Shown here: positions 1-13,695 of the stretch, in pieces | How the letters are laid out: every line of letters starts with the position of its first letter | Position numbering within the stretch: the first letter of the stretch is position 1 | Assembly: GCF_009914755.1 (NCBI RefSeq) | Contig: NC_060931.1 | DNA length: 64,000 bases | Reading direction: 5' to 3' (one strand) | DNA from: the human T2T-CHM13v2.0 reference genome, Homo sapiens | Made by a program: the position numbers and the translations under genes | Notes under the pieces: model-generated | Told to the model about the DNA's origin: nothing | Database searches by the model: none | What the model saw: the letters and a program-made list of their open reading frames with translations, nothing else

Positions 1-1359
1 ACATCTGGAAATTCGTCATAGTTATACACTCATATGGCTCAGTGGAAATGTACTGTACTTTAGGCAGTCCATGGGAACCAATGAAAATGGTTCTTAGAGG
101 CAAAGTCTTAATATTAAAGTTAAATAAATTTGCACATATACATAAAGTTTTAAAACTGGACAAATTTGAAAGTATGCTGGTTAGAAGACTTAAACTGATC
201 AGCTTTAAACATAATATAAACCCAAATCACAGTACTCTCTAAAGTATTCTACCTTAAAATAAGCAAAATATTAATATTAACTACTATAAATACAGTAGAT
301 TAAAAGTCACAATCTCTCACTATACTGTTTGTTTCAGTTAAAGTGATTCCACTTTTAACTACATTTTTATATACATTACTTGTTTTTAAAATAAATAATC
401 TTTCAAGGGAGTGAATATCTATTTTAAGTGCATGCATTATTCCAGCTCACTCTTCATCTCTAATGAAAAAGTTAAAAATGCCAGATGCACAGATTCACAC
501 TCTTCTCCATCTTGTGTCGCTGTGACTATAACCACTGAAGGGCCAGAGAACTGTGAGAACAATTTGTTTCTGCACAGAATCTCCACACCTACCTTTGTTT
601 GCTTTGTAAGCTCTCCAGTCTTTCCCCATTATATTATTCTTTTAAGTATATTTCTATGCTAGTCTACAAAGTGGCAATAATGAGAAAACAATGTCTTAAT
701 AATTATGCAAATTATGTATTAATTATATAAAAATTTGAAATTTAATTTTACAAATGAAGCAGGGAAAAGGAAAGATAAATTGTGCTTGAAAAAGATTATT
801 ATGGAATGCAGAGGCCCAAAGATTTTGGCATTTCTATTGGATCTCTGAGCTTTTATCTGAAATTAAACTGTATAAATGTCTCTCCTATTGATGACATTAC
901 TAAGCATTTCAGAAAATGGTGGAAATATTTAGGAGTCATGAATATCTAAATGTAGCCTTAAAAGACACTGGTGAAAAGCTTCTTATTTATTGTGGGAATA
1001 GTAGGCCCCTAAATTGCCAATCTTTTTCTCTTATGAAGAACTGTGGTTAGAAGAAGTTACAGATGATACACACCCTGAAGATATTAAGCTCTATATTCCA
1101 TCTTCTCTACAAACAACCTTAAATCCGACTGCCCTTCAAAGCTACATTGTATTAAGAGAATATGGTTCCAACTATCTTCTTCAGTAATAAAAATGCCATT
1201 AAAATAACAAAATATTTAAAGAGAGAAGACCAAATGTCAGTTTAATATCCTAGAGGAAATTATTTTTCCTAAACATTATGCGTCATTCTACACTTAAAAT
1301 TTGTTGAATGTTTTCTTATCAGTCCCAATGCCTCTGAACTCTGACACCAACCAAAGCGA

Positions 1360-2295
1360 TTCACCAAAGTAGCTACATAGATAGCAAACAAGGACATAAA
1401 GAGATGTTCAATCTCGTTAGTAATTTTAGGGAAATACAAATTGAAACCACATGAGGTACCATTACACATCTATGAGAATGGCTAATATAAAAACAAGAAT
1501 AGTAAGTGCTATTGTAGGCATGAAGCAACTCTCAATTATACATTTCTAGCATAATGCAAAATAGTAAAATTATTCTGAAAAAGTAAAACAGTTTAGGAGT
1601 TTTTCTTAAGAGATGGGTTCTCACTATGTTGTTCACACTGTACTCTAACTCCTGGGCTCAAGCAGTCCTCTCACCTCAGCCTCCGCAGTAGCTGGGACTA
1701 TAGGCATGCACCACCATACCTGGCAAAATTATTCTCCTAAAGTTAAATGTGCACTTTTCATATTATTCTCCACTGACCCTCCCAAGTGCTTACTCTAGAA
1801 AAATGGAAACATATGATCATATAAAATATTTAATAACGGAACATGAATGCTGATACAAGTATTATTTATAGTCACAAAATCTTGAAACAAAATATCCTCC
1901 TATGGGTTGAGTAAATCATTATATGGTATATCCATAAGAATACTATTCAGCATTAAGAAAAACCTATTGATATACGCAGCAACACAAATTAAGCTCAAAT
2001 GCATATGCTAAGTGAAAAAAGTGAGACTCAACTCAGTAAGTTACACATGGTTTCAATGCATTTATATGACATTGTTGAAAAGCCAAAACTATAATGACAG
2101 AAGAGAAATCAATAGTTGGCAGGCTTTAGGGGTGGGGAGAAAGTATGACCAAAAAGAAACATGATGACAGAATTTTTGTAGTGGAGGAACTGTTTTGTAC
2201 CCTAGTTGTGCTGGTGGTTGCTCAATACATTTGTTGAAACTAATGGAATGGTATTCTAGATAGGTAGATTATTATATGTGAGTTTTAAAACTAAA
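1360..2295 (+). mobile_element. Old L1M (L1ME-like) 3' end, interrupted by a FLAM
   Basis: Degenerate ORF2 C-terminal and 3'UTR motifs (aaagagatgttcaatctcgttagtaatt..., aaaccacatgaggtaccattacac..., tactattcagcattaagaaa). Confidence 0.7.
1600..1724 (-). mobile_element. FLAM / Alu monomer
   Basis: agagatgggttctcactatgttg...ctcctgggctcaagc...ctgggactataggcatgcaccaccatacctggc. Confidence 0.85.
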
Positions 2296-4279
2296 AAAAA
2301 GTATTACATATAAAATAACTGAAAAGGAATGAAGTATATAATATGTCCTATTTGATATAAATTCATTAATTCAACTTTTTGTAAAACAGTGCAACATACA
2401 GAATCGTAATTTTGTGAAACAGTCACAATCAAGGTTGCGGAGATCAGATAATCAGGTAGGACTAGAGATATTCACCTGGGGGGTCATCTCCATGTAGATG
2501 AAGAGAATAAATGTAATAACCCAGAGAACAAAAGAACATACGTATATGTTTCTACCAAACACTATACAAAACTAAAAAGTTTGAAGGAAAATGATTAAAA
2601 TACCAAGAGGAATTATTTTTATTTTTACTATTTCTAAGGCATCTTGTTATAGTACTAAGAGCAATTAATTGTAGGAAAAAATAATTCTCTAGAAACAAAA
2701 TATTCTAATTAACATTTTTCTTCACAATTCCAGTTTTCTTTTTAAACGGAAGTACACAGGAGCAAACAGCAATAATTATATACATTATCATTTTATAAAA
2801 CCAACTATCTTCTTACATAGGCCACCAAATGGATGGCTATTTTCCCTCTGGAATTTCTGTGAGCCTAATATAACCACTGTGGTTCTTCCAAGCTTGAGAA
2901 TTATTAAGCAAATTCTATTTCTATCTTTCTGTACACCCTCTGTACCAACTTCTTCCAGAAAATCAAGAGGAAGAAGATAGCTTCAATAAAGTATAAACAC
3001 CAGAGAGATTAATGAAGATTTCTTGGCTGTTGTCTAAAAGAAGGCAAAAAAAAAAAAAAGAGAAAAATGGAAAGTTTGACTAGAATTTAAGACACTGGAA
3101 TATTTTTAAAGGCAACTACGTGGTCTTTTCCTGATTGATAGAGAGTTCTGGATGCTGAATTTACAGGGGGAGTGCTTATTTGTAAGATTCTGGCCCTAGC
3201 TCAGTCAGATGTATTGCAGGACAGTGACAGATGGAAATGACATACACAAATGACCATACAGCAATTACTGTGATTCATCTGCTGGCATCTGGAGATTGGT
3301 AAAAGTGAGTTATTAGCGATTCCAGTACCATATGAAGTACAGTTGTTGAGCAGAACTTCTAAAGATTTATGTCCATAATGCTTCAGAATTTAAAATAAAG
3401 AACTAGTAAAACATTAAGATTAAAGAAACATTTATGCCTGCACAAATTCTTACATGAATTACTGAGAAATGGTGGGATAAACCATGTTGGTTCAGTTTCA
3501 AGAAACAAATGTAGTATTTATATATTATTATCAAAAACGTTTTATCCTCTGAACTAAAATCATTTCACTGTATCTCTCTTAGACTGCTTTTAAGTTTCCT
3601 TGCTAAATAGGATATTATATATTCAGTTGAGGGCAGACTATCAGTGACTTATTTTTATATCATTATAGCTACCTCAGGATCTTAAGAGTATGGATACATA
3701 AAAACATTCAATGAATGTATAGAAGATACATAAATCTACCAAGTCAGACAATAATTAAATGTTAATAGTGTCAACATAAGCATTTTTTAAAAAGATAAAT
3801 CTAGTATACGAACATCATGTATTAATTGTGTCTTTATTATGTTCCTATCCCTGTGTGAAAAACACTGAGTGCACTTCATCGCTTCAGTATCAAACCCCCA
3901 TAAATTTGGTTGAGGCTCTATTTACTAGCAAGAAATACAAAGACATGGAGAGATAAAGAAATAGAGCAAACTGTGTATGCCTTTGGAGTGTTTCAGGCAC
4001 ACACGAATCTTATCTCAATTTAGACACTGTTGGAAAATCAAATTCTAATTTCATGGTAAAGCAATCAGAAAAGTAATACAGAATAATGAACTAAAATATT
4101 TTTACATAATTCAAATATGTCCATATATTTTACAGTTTCCTTAACAAGTATCAAGTATTTTTTGTCCTGCTCTCTGAAACTCTAGCATTGAATTTCTTTT
4201 TGTTCTATTCTTCACAGGCATTCTATCCTATAAAAATTTTAAAATGCTGCATTTTTAAAAAGTAGTTCAACTTTATAAA

Positions 4280-4750
4280 TGATAGACAAAATAAAGCCTC
4301 TCTAAAGATGTCCATTCTTAAATTCTAGAATCCATGAAAATGTTGTCACGCACAGCAAAAGAAGTTTTGCAGGTATGATTAAGTTAAAGATCTTGAAATG
4401 AGAAGGTTATCCTGGATTATCTTTATCTGAGTGGGGCCCAACATAATCACAGGATTCCTTATAAAAGGGAGGTAGATGGGTAAGAGAGAGAGGTGTAACA
4501 ATGGAGGCAGAGACTGAAGTCTTGTGCTTTGCAGAGAAAAGGGTCACAAGCAAAGTAATGCAGGCAGCCTTCAGAATCCAGGAAAATAAGGTATGGAATC
4601 CTCCACTAGAGACTTGAGAAGGAATGCAACCTGGCTGACACCCTGGATTTTAGAACTTGTGACCTCCTAGAACTATAAAATAATAAATCTGTTGTTTGAA
4701 GCCACTGGGTTTGTGGCAATTTGTTACAGCAGCAACACGAAACTGATACA
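4280..4750 (+). mobile_element. MaLR LTR, MLT1D-like
   Basis: gattaagttaaagatcttgaaatg...aggaatgcaacctggctgacacc...aagccactgggtttgtggcaatttgttacagcagcaacacgaaactgataca. Confidence 0.8.
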
Positions 4751-5114
4751 CTGTGGCATACGTTATTTGTGCAGTAAAGAACACCCAAGGGTGTCTGCAG
4801 AAGTCTTTTCTTAGTTATAGTCAACAAACCATGATGTTCATTTATGTCAGCAGATGATTTTCCAAAGAATGACCAGCAATAGCAGGAGCATCCATTATAT
4901 TTTGTTACATTACATTCATTTTAACATGTATTTAATGAAGAAATCTGTTTTCTGAGCATCAGCAATAACATCATAAGGTTGTAAGTCAAGAAAAGGTTTT
5001 TTCCTAATTTGCTAGGTTTGTTAGAACTCTGTAAGTCACGGAGATAAATAAAATTTTATTTCAGTGGTATGCTATGATGATAATTTTGTATATATTCTTG
5101 TACGATACAGACAA

Positions 5115-5292
5115 GAGGTCCTCAACCCAAGTTGCATGTTAGAATTACCAGGATAATTCTAGAAACAAACTCTGTTGCCCAATCCTACTCTGAGAGATTC
5201 TGATTTAATTGGTTTGTGGTGGGACCCAGGCATCAGTATTTGTTAAAAGCCCTTTTGGTAATGCTAATATACAGATAGGGCCGGGAACCAGA
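5115..5292. mobile_element. hAT-Charlie MITE, MER5-like
   Basis: ctcaacccaagttgcatgttagaattacc...gagattctgatttaattggtttgtggtgggacccaggcatcagtattt...gggaacca. Confidence 0.7.
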
Positions 5293-8200
5293 AATATAGG
5301 TACAATTTAAAAATATATACTACACTATATTTTCCATAACTCTTAATTAGTAACAAAACTTACTTGACGGAGTCAAAATGTTAAGTTATAATACATAATA
5401 TAAGAAAAGCAACAAATATATTATATGAGTGTATTTGTTACACTTTTTAAATAAGATGCTATCCTTTATAGATAATGTAATGGTAGTTTCATCGATCTAG
5501 GCATAAGTGGTTGCTAATTTCTCTAATCTCATTACATGCGCATGTGGCAAGCATTATGTTGTTCATTAATTTCGAAATCATACAATGGAATATATTCATC
5601 TAACAATATTTTCTACAATTTTATTCTGGAATTGACTGAGGTTTCACTGTGAAATGCCAATTCTCCAATTGTTACAGTCAGCTTTTTGTCAAGAAAAACA
5701 GAAAGCCATAAATTCTATGGTAAATATTTAAGGAAAGAAGTCCTTTATAAAATATAAATATAGCTTATTGGAATTATGTCTACGTATGTTATCTAATGAA
5801 AGTCAAAATCGAAACATTCATAAAACTAATATTTTATTGAAAAATATCAAAGCTGTATGTGACTAAGATGGCTGAACTTGCATCTCCAAACTGCTATGGT
5901 GCCTTATTCTTGTGCTTTTATATAAAAAGGAAAATCTGTTATGATTGTGTGTTTCACAGAATGGCAAACAGATGTGATATACATGATTAGAAAAGCTACA
6001 CTGTAATTTTAGGTACAATGTTTGTAAAAAAAGCCATGATATAAAGATGAAGACTTTAAATTGATAATATTTTTTCCTCATAACGTTTTTATCTCTACTA
6101 CAGTCAAAATTTTTAAAATTCTAATTTTAATTCTATTGAAAATTTTGAAAACACAACTATACGATTAAATAATTTTTATTTTATATGTACCACTGGAATG
6201 TGATACAATGTAATTATTTTAAGAAAATGTATTTAGGACTTTTAGGAAAAAAATTATATACTAATTATAAACCTTTGAAAACTACTTCCTTTCCAAATGA
6301 ATTTAAAATACATCAATATCCATAATCAGTGTTCATTAAAATGTTCTAATAAGATTAGAATCTGTTTTATCATTCATTAGCTATCACCACAATCAAATTG
6401 AACAGGTGAAAGAATATATTCATAATGTTAAACAGGTCAAATTATTGAATTTTGTTACTCTTTACGTGACTCATTTATCAAATCTCCAGCTTCAAGGTAT
6501 AAACAAAACACATATGTAGTATCGAGTATACCAAAACAAACAAAGACGCAAACCTAATGACATGAAATTGATTATTTTCATTGCTATAATCCTAATCATC
6601 CTGTCAGAGCACATTTTTTCCAAAATCACATTCTCTTTGAAAATAACAGAGCACTTTTCTCAACTTAAAAAACAGCATAAATTATTAAATTAATTCAAGG
6701 ATATTTCACAACATATGTGTAATTATTTCTCTCCACATATATAACAGCCTCTAAGACACTTTTATGCTTTAAAATAGAAATATTTGGTGATATTATAAAT
6801 ACTGAATATGAGAAACAAAAAAGGACTATATTCTTCAACAATTATAAATTGTTTCTTAAATACAATCTTTTAACAGTAAATAGGTTACAGGTTTTTAAGC
6901 TGTTTAATATATAGTTCATATATATACATATAAACAATGTAATTAATCTGTAATGAGCAACAGAACCATTATAGCTATATCATCAATATTTATTTCTAAA
7001 TTTATAAACCTAATATGTAATTGCTAGAAAGGTTAGTAAATATTTACCAGTGAGCAATAAATAAAAACATATGTAATACGTAGTCTGCATTTGCTTTATA
7101 AAATATCTCTTTGCATCTGGCTGAAATACGTTGTTTAACATTGTTCTATAACTACCCAACTAATTGATGCCAGGCAGCATTAATAGGGATAAGAAAAATA
7201 TTTTGTCCTAGAGAAACTATATCAACTATTATATAATTTTAATAGTAATAATTTTACTAATAATTTTAATTAGTAAAGTTTATGAAATATAAAAAGATTT
7301 ATTAGGAATTTGGGGAGGGCTGGGGATGTTGGTAAATAAGCCACAGTAAAATTCCTTGTTTAACAGAAAATGAATTTTTAAAATCACAAAAATATAGATT
7401 GTCACCGTAGTTTGTAAGCATCATTTCAAGAGCATCCTATAATAACATCTTGGTCCATTGTTACAAAGGTGCTTTATATCCAAAGTGTTAAATAAGTGAA
7501 GTATTTCATAAATTATCCAAAACAAAACTCCAGTGTTAACCTCAACAAAATCAGTTAAGAACGAGGAACCTAGATAGGTCTGTACAGAGCATCTACACAA
7601 TCCTCTTATTATAATAAGAGAAACTGGAGCCCAAATAACTGTATTTGTTTTCTTCATAACCAAGTTATCAGCCCTGATTCCCCAATTCTCACTTTGAGGC
7701 ACTGCTCCCCCACAGCAATTTTAACCAATCAGTTAGAATCCACCCAAAGTTTAATTATGACTTGTGCCAAGTTTGTCATCATCTTACCTTTTTGGATTTC
7801 TTTTACCTAACCTGTGCCCCTCCACTTTGAGTGTACCCTCATAGAATGCGCCAATGACGCTGAGTTGAAGTAACAAAAATGCAATTAAGCTACTTTCTGC
7901 AAAGGCCCAAGAAAAGTCTATCTGTAAAGACCTTTGCACTTTGAGTAACAGAAAATACTAAATCACAAGGGCTGACTCAAGGCTAAAAATGACTACATCT
8001 ATTTCAAAATTCAAGTTCTTTACAATCAGAGCACCAGTTTCTCACCTCAAAGATCTGGGGTAACTAAAGACCCCAGGGAACTGTAACTAAATGATAAGGT
8101 AGCTAGCTCTTCACATTCACATGTCAATAAGTGGTAGAGAAAAAAAACAAAATAGGAATAATGGCAAAAACAATGCCAGCAAAGGAGTAAATGAAAAGCA

Positions 8201-8887
8201 ATCCAAAGTCATCTCTAGTCCGTAACATGCTCATAGTTGATGTTCCTAACATGGGAAAGTGCAGGTTTCCAGGTCTGGGAAAAGACCATGTTCCTGCATA
8301 GCCCAAGTTTCTGCTTTCTGAAGGGCTGTCTCTTGTTTGTTTTCCCCCATGGCCATACTGAGAAAAGTACTGTGGAGAATGCCTTTTCTGGGAGCCACAC
8401 AGTTATCAGCTCATTTTGTCAGAGATGGAAAGCCTGAGAACTTGCCTTATGGACTGAACAGTCTCAGGCTGTTACCAGGATTAGCATTTCTTTGGATACA
8501 GATTTCTCATAAAAATTCAGGAAGCTTCTAGTATGTCTGAATCTAGTCAAATCTATGGCCTTATAACTATAACTAGTGAGTTGCTTTAGAGTCCTTCTAG
8601 ACTCTGGACACTCTAGTGTTTCACAGGCATAGGGCTCTAAACTTGTCTATTCTACCATCCTCAGTGTAATGGCCTATGGTATAGGCAATTGAAAAGATGA
8701 CCCCAAATTTCATTTATTACATACAATTCTGCCCCGTTGATAGAACAGAGAATGCTCAAAGGAAGGTGCCTAAGAGAAGCCAATAAGGTTAGGTTTGGTC
8801 TTTTCCCTGAAAAGGTTTGGTATTATTTCCTGAAAAATACCCAAACTGATGAACATTGCCAGCACTAATTTTAGTTTAAGGTACAAA

Positions 8888-9265
<378 letters not shown>

Positions 9266-10050
9266 CCAAACATAATCCATTTTTTCAGTAAATTTTTATA
9301 AATGCATTTCATGGAAACATACAATATTCTAATTAGCAAAGAAAATATAAAATACTCTCATACTGCTTCTTCTCATATTTCATATTTATTTTGTAGAACA
9401 AATCTGCTTTTCATATTTTATTGATATCCCACCTGTCTGACAAGTATCACATTTAGTAAATAAAGTAAATGACTTCACTATGAACTAAATATCTAACATG
9501 AATAGAAAGTCATATTATTCTTAATAAAAACTCAGAAGATACTGTTTGAGAAATACATTTTTTGCTGCTTCTCAATGGCAGAGACACCCCAGGGCAATAT
9601 AATTCAAAGGCACATGCTGTTTATTGAACATTTTATTATAAAACAAATAGAGTTTCCTTGAAAGGCACACAAAGGGAAAGTCCTACAGTGCCTCATCATA
9701 CTTCCTATAGGCATTCTCAGTAATTTTACTTATGTTATCTTTTGTTTCCTCCAAATGTTTAGGCAGATTGGGTTTTTATAGTTTTGGTATAATTTTGTTT
9801 GTTTATTTAACAAATATTTCCCATGTTTCTCATAATCGTCGTTAGTGATTTTTAATAAACTCATACTCTACCACTGAGGGTATACATCAGCTTATTTCAC
9901 CATTCCTATAGAATCTTTTAAGTGATTTACAATGTTGTTTTGGACATTTTTGTGGATTTTTATGAAAACTTAAATGGGATAGACTGGCAAAAGTAAACTA
10001 AGTGGTTCTAGGTACCATAGACTATTTTAAGACAGACATATCTCTCCATG

Positions 10051-10418
10051 TGTATTAGTCCATTTTCATTCTGCTGATAAAAACATACCCAAGACTGGGA
10101 AATTTACAAAAGAAAGAGGTTTAATTGGACTTACAGTTCCACATGGCTAGGGAGGACTCACAATCATGGCAGAAAGTGAAAGGCGTGTCGCACATGGCAG
10201 CAGACAAGAGAAGAGAGCTTGTGCAGGGAAACTCCCCTTTATAAAACCATTCAGATTTCAGATCTCATGAGACTTATTCACTACCATGAGAACAGTATGG
10301 GGGAAACCACCCACATGATTCCATTATCTCCCACCAGGACCCTCCCACAACACTTGGGAATCATGGGAGCTACAATTCAAGATGAGATTTGGGTGGGGGA
10401 CACAGCCAAACCATATCA
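10051..10418 (-). mobile_element. THE1 (THE1B/C-like) solo LTR with 5-bp TSD CCATG
   Basis: tgtattagtccattttc...gacacagccaaaccatatca; CCATG at 10046-10050 and 10419-10423. Confidence 0.93.
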
Positions 10419-11152
10419 CCATGGCTCATTTTACTAACCCACACCATCATGTTTATAGTAGTGTTATTATAACAAGGCATAACAACGGTGGTGGCAATAG
10501 GCATAGAAAGAAAACTCCAATATTTTTGTGTGTGACTCCTGCCTGGCTTCTCCTAATCTGGATAACCAAGTTTATACTTTGGATGACCATTTCTTTAGTT
10601 TTGTCTGAAGTCAACTGATGATTAAGAGAATAATAGTAATTGCAATATGAGAACCACTTGAAATATGTATTTTATATTCCACTAGGGGTTGAAAGTCAGG
10701 CAAAAATAAATTTTCTAGGTATCAAGTTCTAACAGAAATACCACTGTATAATTTAGCAGCATGGTCAGGAGGCACTGATTGGAAAAGTGAACAAGGGAAA
10801 AAAGTGGCAGTCAAATAGTGACTTACCTATGATAGAAATGAATAAGGAGGCAACTGTAAAAGAACGTTTACCTAAGAATTCCATTTCTTAGATTTCTGTT
10901 TTGCAGAAATAAACACACATAAGCATGACTGTACATATTCACACATCTTAATGTTCAGAGCAGTACCAATAGACCATAATATAGTTTATAGCAGCTAAAA
11001 TAAATGATAAATTTAGATAAACTGGCATTGAAAGTCCTCCAGGACATACAAATCCATATGCATACATACATATATAGACAGATTTGATAATGCAAGTAAA
11101 TTTATCTAGGTAGATATCTACTAAAATGTTAGCAGTTACTTTCTTTGGAGGA

Positions 11153-11541
11153 TATTATGGACTGAATGTATGTGCTCCCTATACCCAGTTTAAATATTGA
11201 AACCCTAATCCCAATGTATTAGAGTTCAGCTAATCCTATGGTATTTGGAGATGGGTCTTTTGGAAGGTAATTAGGTCAGAAGGGTAGAGTCCTCATGACC
11301 TTCCTAAAAGGGAGAATAGTACCCTTGTAAGAGGCTAGAGAGCTAGCTAGCTCTTTTCCGCCACGTGCGTGTACAAGAAGTCAGTCTTAGCAACCTGCAA
11401 GAAGGCCCTCACCAGAATCCAACCATGCTGGCACCCTATCTTAGACATCCACCCTCCACAACTGTGAAAGATAATTTTCTGCTGTTTATAAGCCACCTAA
11501 TCTATGGAAATTTGTTATAGCAACCTAAAATGAGTAAGACA
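11153..11541 (+). mobile_element. MaLR LTR, MLT1A-like
   Basis: tatggactgaatgtatgtgc...aaccatgctggcaccct...ataagccacctaatctatgg...taagaca. Confidence 0.82.
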
Positions 11542-13028
11542 GAGGGGGAATAGAATTGAAAGGAATTTACTGGTTGATACATTTATTATTTTTCAAGAAA
11601 AATAAATGTTACAAATGATAGGCTACTTAGTCAAATCAAAATAATAGACTATCAAAAAGAAGTCTTAGCCTCAGGATATAGTACTACACAATTTATATGT
11701 TTTAAATAGTTTGAGTCCTGATTTTTTGTAAGCTCAAAAATAGAATTTGTTCCCAGAGTTCCCAAATATACACAGAGGATATAGCAGATATAACAGCAAA
11801 ATCTAGAAAACTCAGAGGAGGAAAAATACCAAGGAGAGGATTTTGTCCCACCATCAATGGATTCAATGCATTCAACGTTTGTTAACCTACGTGGAAAGTT
11901 TGCTGAAAGAATCAGACAAGATCTAAGATTAACATTCACATTTTAGGCATATAATTTTAATCTTTGCTCATGTTCAAAGATGAAAATTAAGTATTTAAGT
12001 GAAAGTTCCTCTTTCAGATTCATAGTCTCCATTTTAATAATTTTATTTTTATTAAAAGTCTCATGTATGCTTCATGAAAAAGAAAATATTTTTAGTATCC
12101 AATATTATTCACTAAAAACTGAAACAAAGATAAGGTTTTCTTTCCTCAAGTATTACCTCCATGATACCTAAATTATTGCCTATCAAAATACTTAGGCCCA
12201 TTAAGCATATGTACTACATTGTTCCTGTCTGTTCCACTCATATGCATTTAATTAGTCATGGTACACTAAAAACATAAACTCAGTCTTTAGACAAATTTCT
12301 AGGGGATTTTCTGTTCCTAAAACTTGAATATTTCTGAATTGTGTAACAATATGTATATTTACAGTTTTCTGTTTAGACAAAAAGACATTTTATTAGCATT
12401 TCAATAATCCATGCTAGCACAAGTATCATAACAGAGAAAACAAAGGAACTGGAACATTTTTCGGAATCCTTTTCAAGTCTAACTTTTGCTTGTCAATAAA
12501 ATATTCTTGCTATTTCATTTTTCTGTTAACCTTAAGAGATCCAAGGCAACTCAAGAGTTTCTCAACAAAGAGCATGTATCGACAATGTGTATAACACAAT
12601 TATAAATGTCCTGAAGGAAATAAAAATGTAGTAAAAGAAAAACATCGAAGGCTTCATGTGAAGAAAAATGACTGTGACTTTGTAGATCCAAACTCAAATT
12701 TGGTAATTTTGAGGGAATATGGGATTGGTAAGAATTAAATAATTCCTTGGGAAAAAGGGAGTTGATGGGGAGGAGACATGGATTTGAGATGATGGGAAGG
12801 CAAATCTCCCTTACTGAAGCAGAAGCAGGAATAATGTAACGAAGAGTCTAGAGATTTGTGTGGTTTAAACAGAGAATTACATTGATGATGAATAAAACAT
12901 CCTTAAAGATTAGGAAGTGCTAATACCCAGGAAGAGTGTTTCAGGCTGTAAGGTGATCTAGTTTGTGGTCTTACATAAATGAGGACCTGAACCAATGCCA
13001 GGACAGTTTGTATGAATTTGGGTGAATT

Positions 13029-13228
13029 TTTTTTTTTTTTTTTTTTGAGACGGAGTCCTGTTCTGTCACCCAGGCTGGAGTGCAGTGGTGCGATCTCAGC
13101 TCACTGCAAGCTCTGCCTCCTGGGTTCACTAATTTTTTTGTATTTTTAGTAGAGACGGGGTTTCACTGTGTTAGCCAGGATGGTCTCGATTTCCTGACCT
13201 CATGATCCACCCACATCGGCCTCCCAAA
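13029..13228 (-). mobile_element. AluY-like, 5'-truncated with internal deletion; TSD GGGTGAATT
   Basis: TSD at 13020-13028 and 13229-13237; the junction tgggttcac|taattttttt lacks part of the right arm. Confidence 0.9.
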
Positions 13229-13479
13229 GGGTGAATTCTTTATTTCAATTCCTAAATAACTTTGTCCTATTTTATAGTCAGAACAACGAGAACAACTGTA
13301 TGGTGTGAGCAAAGAGATGAGGTGAGGGAGTACATTAAATAGATGACTATTAAATACATAGTTCAATGATAAAGATAGCAGTATAGTTTCAAACCATAAT
13401 TACTGATTGAAACAGGTGCAAAACTATTTGGAGAGTATTTTTAAACAATGCATCACATAGTATTGTAGTTATTAATATC

Positions 13480-13695
13480 AAAGACTTAGAAATCAGACTG
13501 GCTTGGGATTCTATTCAATGTCTGCCTCTGCTAGCAGTGTGAGATTGGACATACAACAGAAACTCTCAGAGCCTTGTTTTTCTCACCTATAAAATAATAA
13601 TTCCCCAACAGGTCCACTGTAAGCATAATATCAGGTTAACCTAGAGAAGTCAGTTCATTTCAGGAACACAGTAGGCCCTCAGTAAATAATACTCA
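13480..13695. mobile_element. MIR
   Basis: aatcagactggcttgggattc...tctctcagagccttgtttttctcacctataaaat...agtaggccctcagtaaata. Confidence 0.65.
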
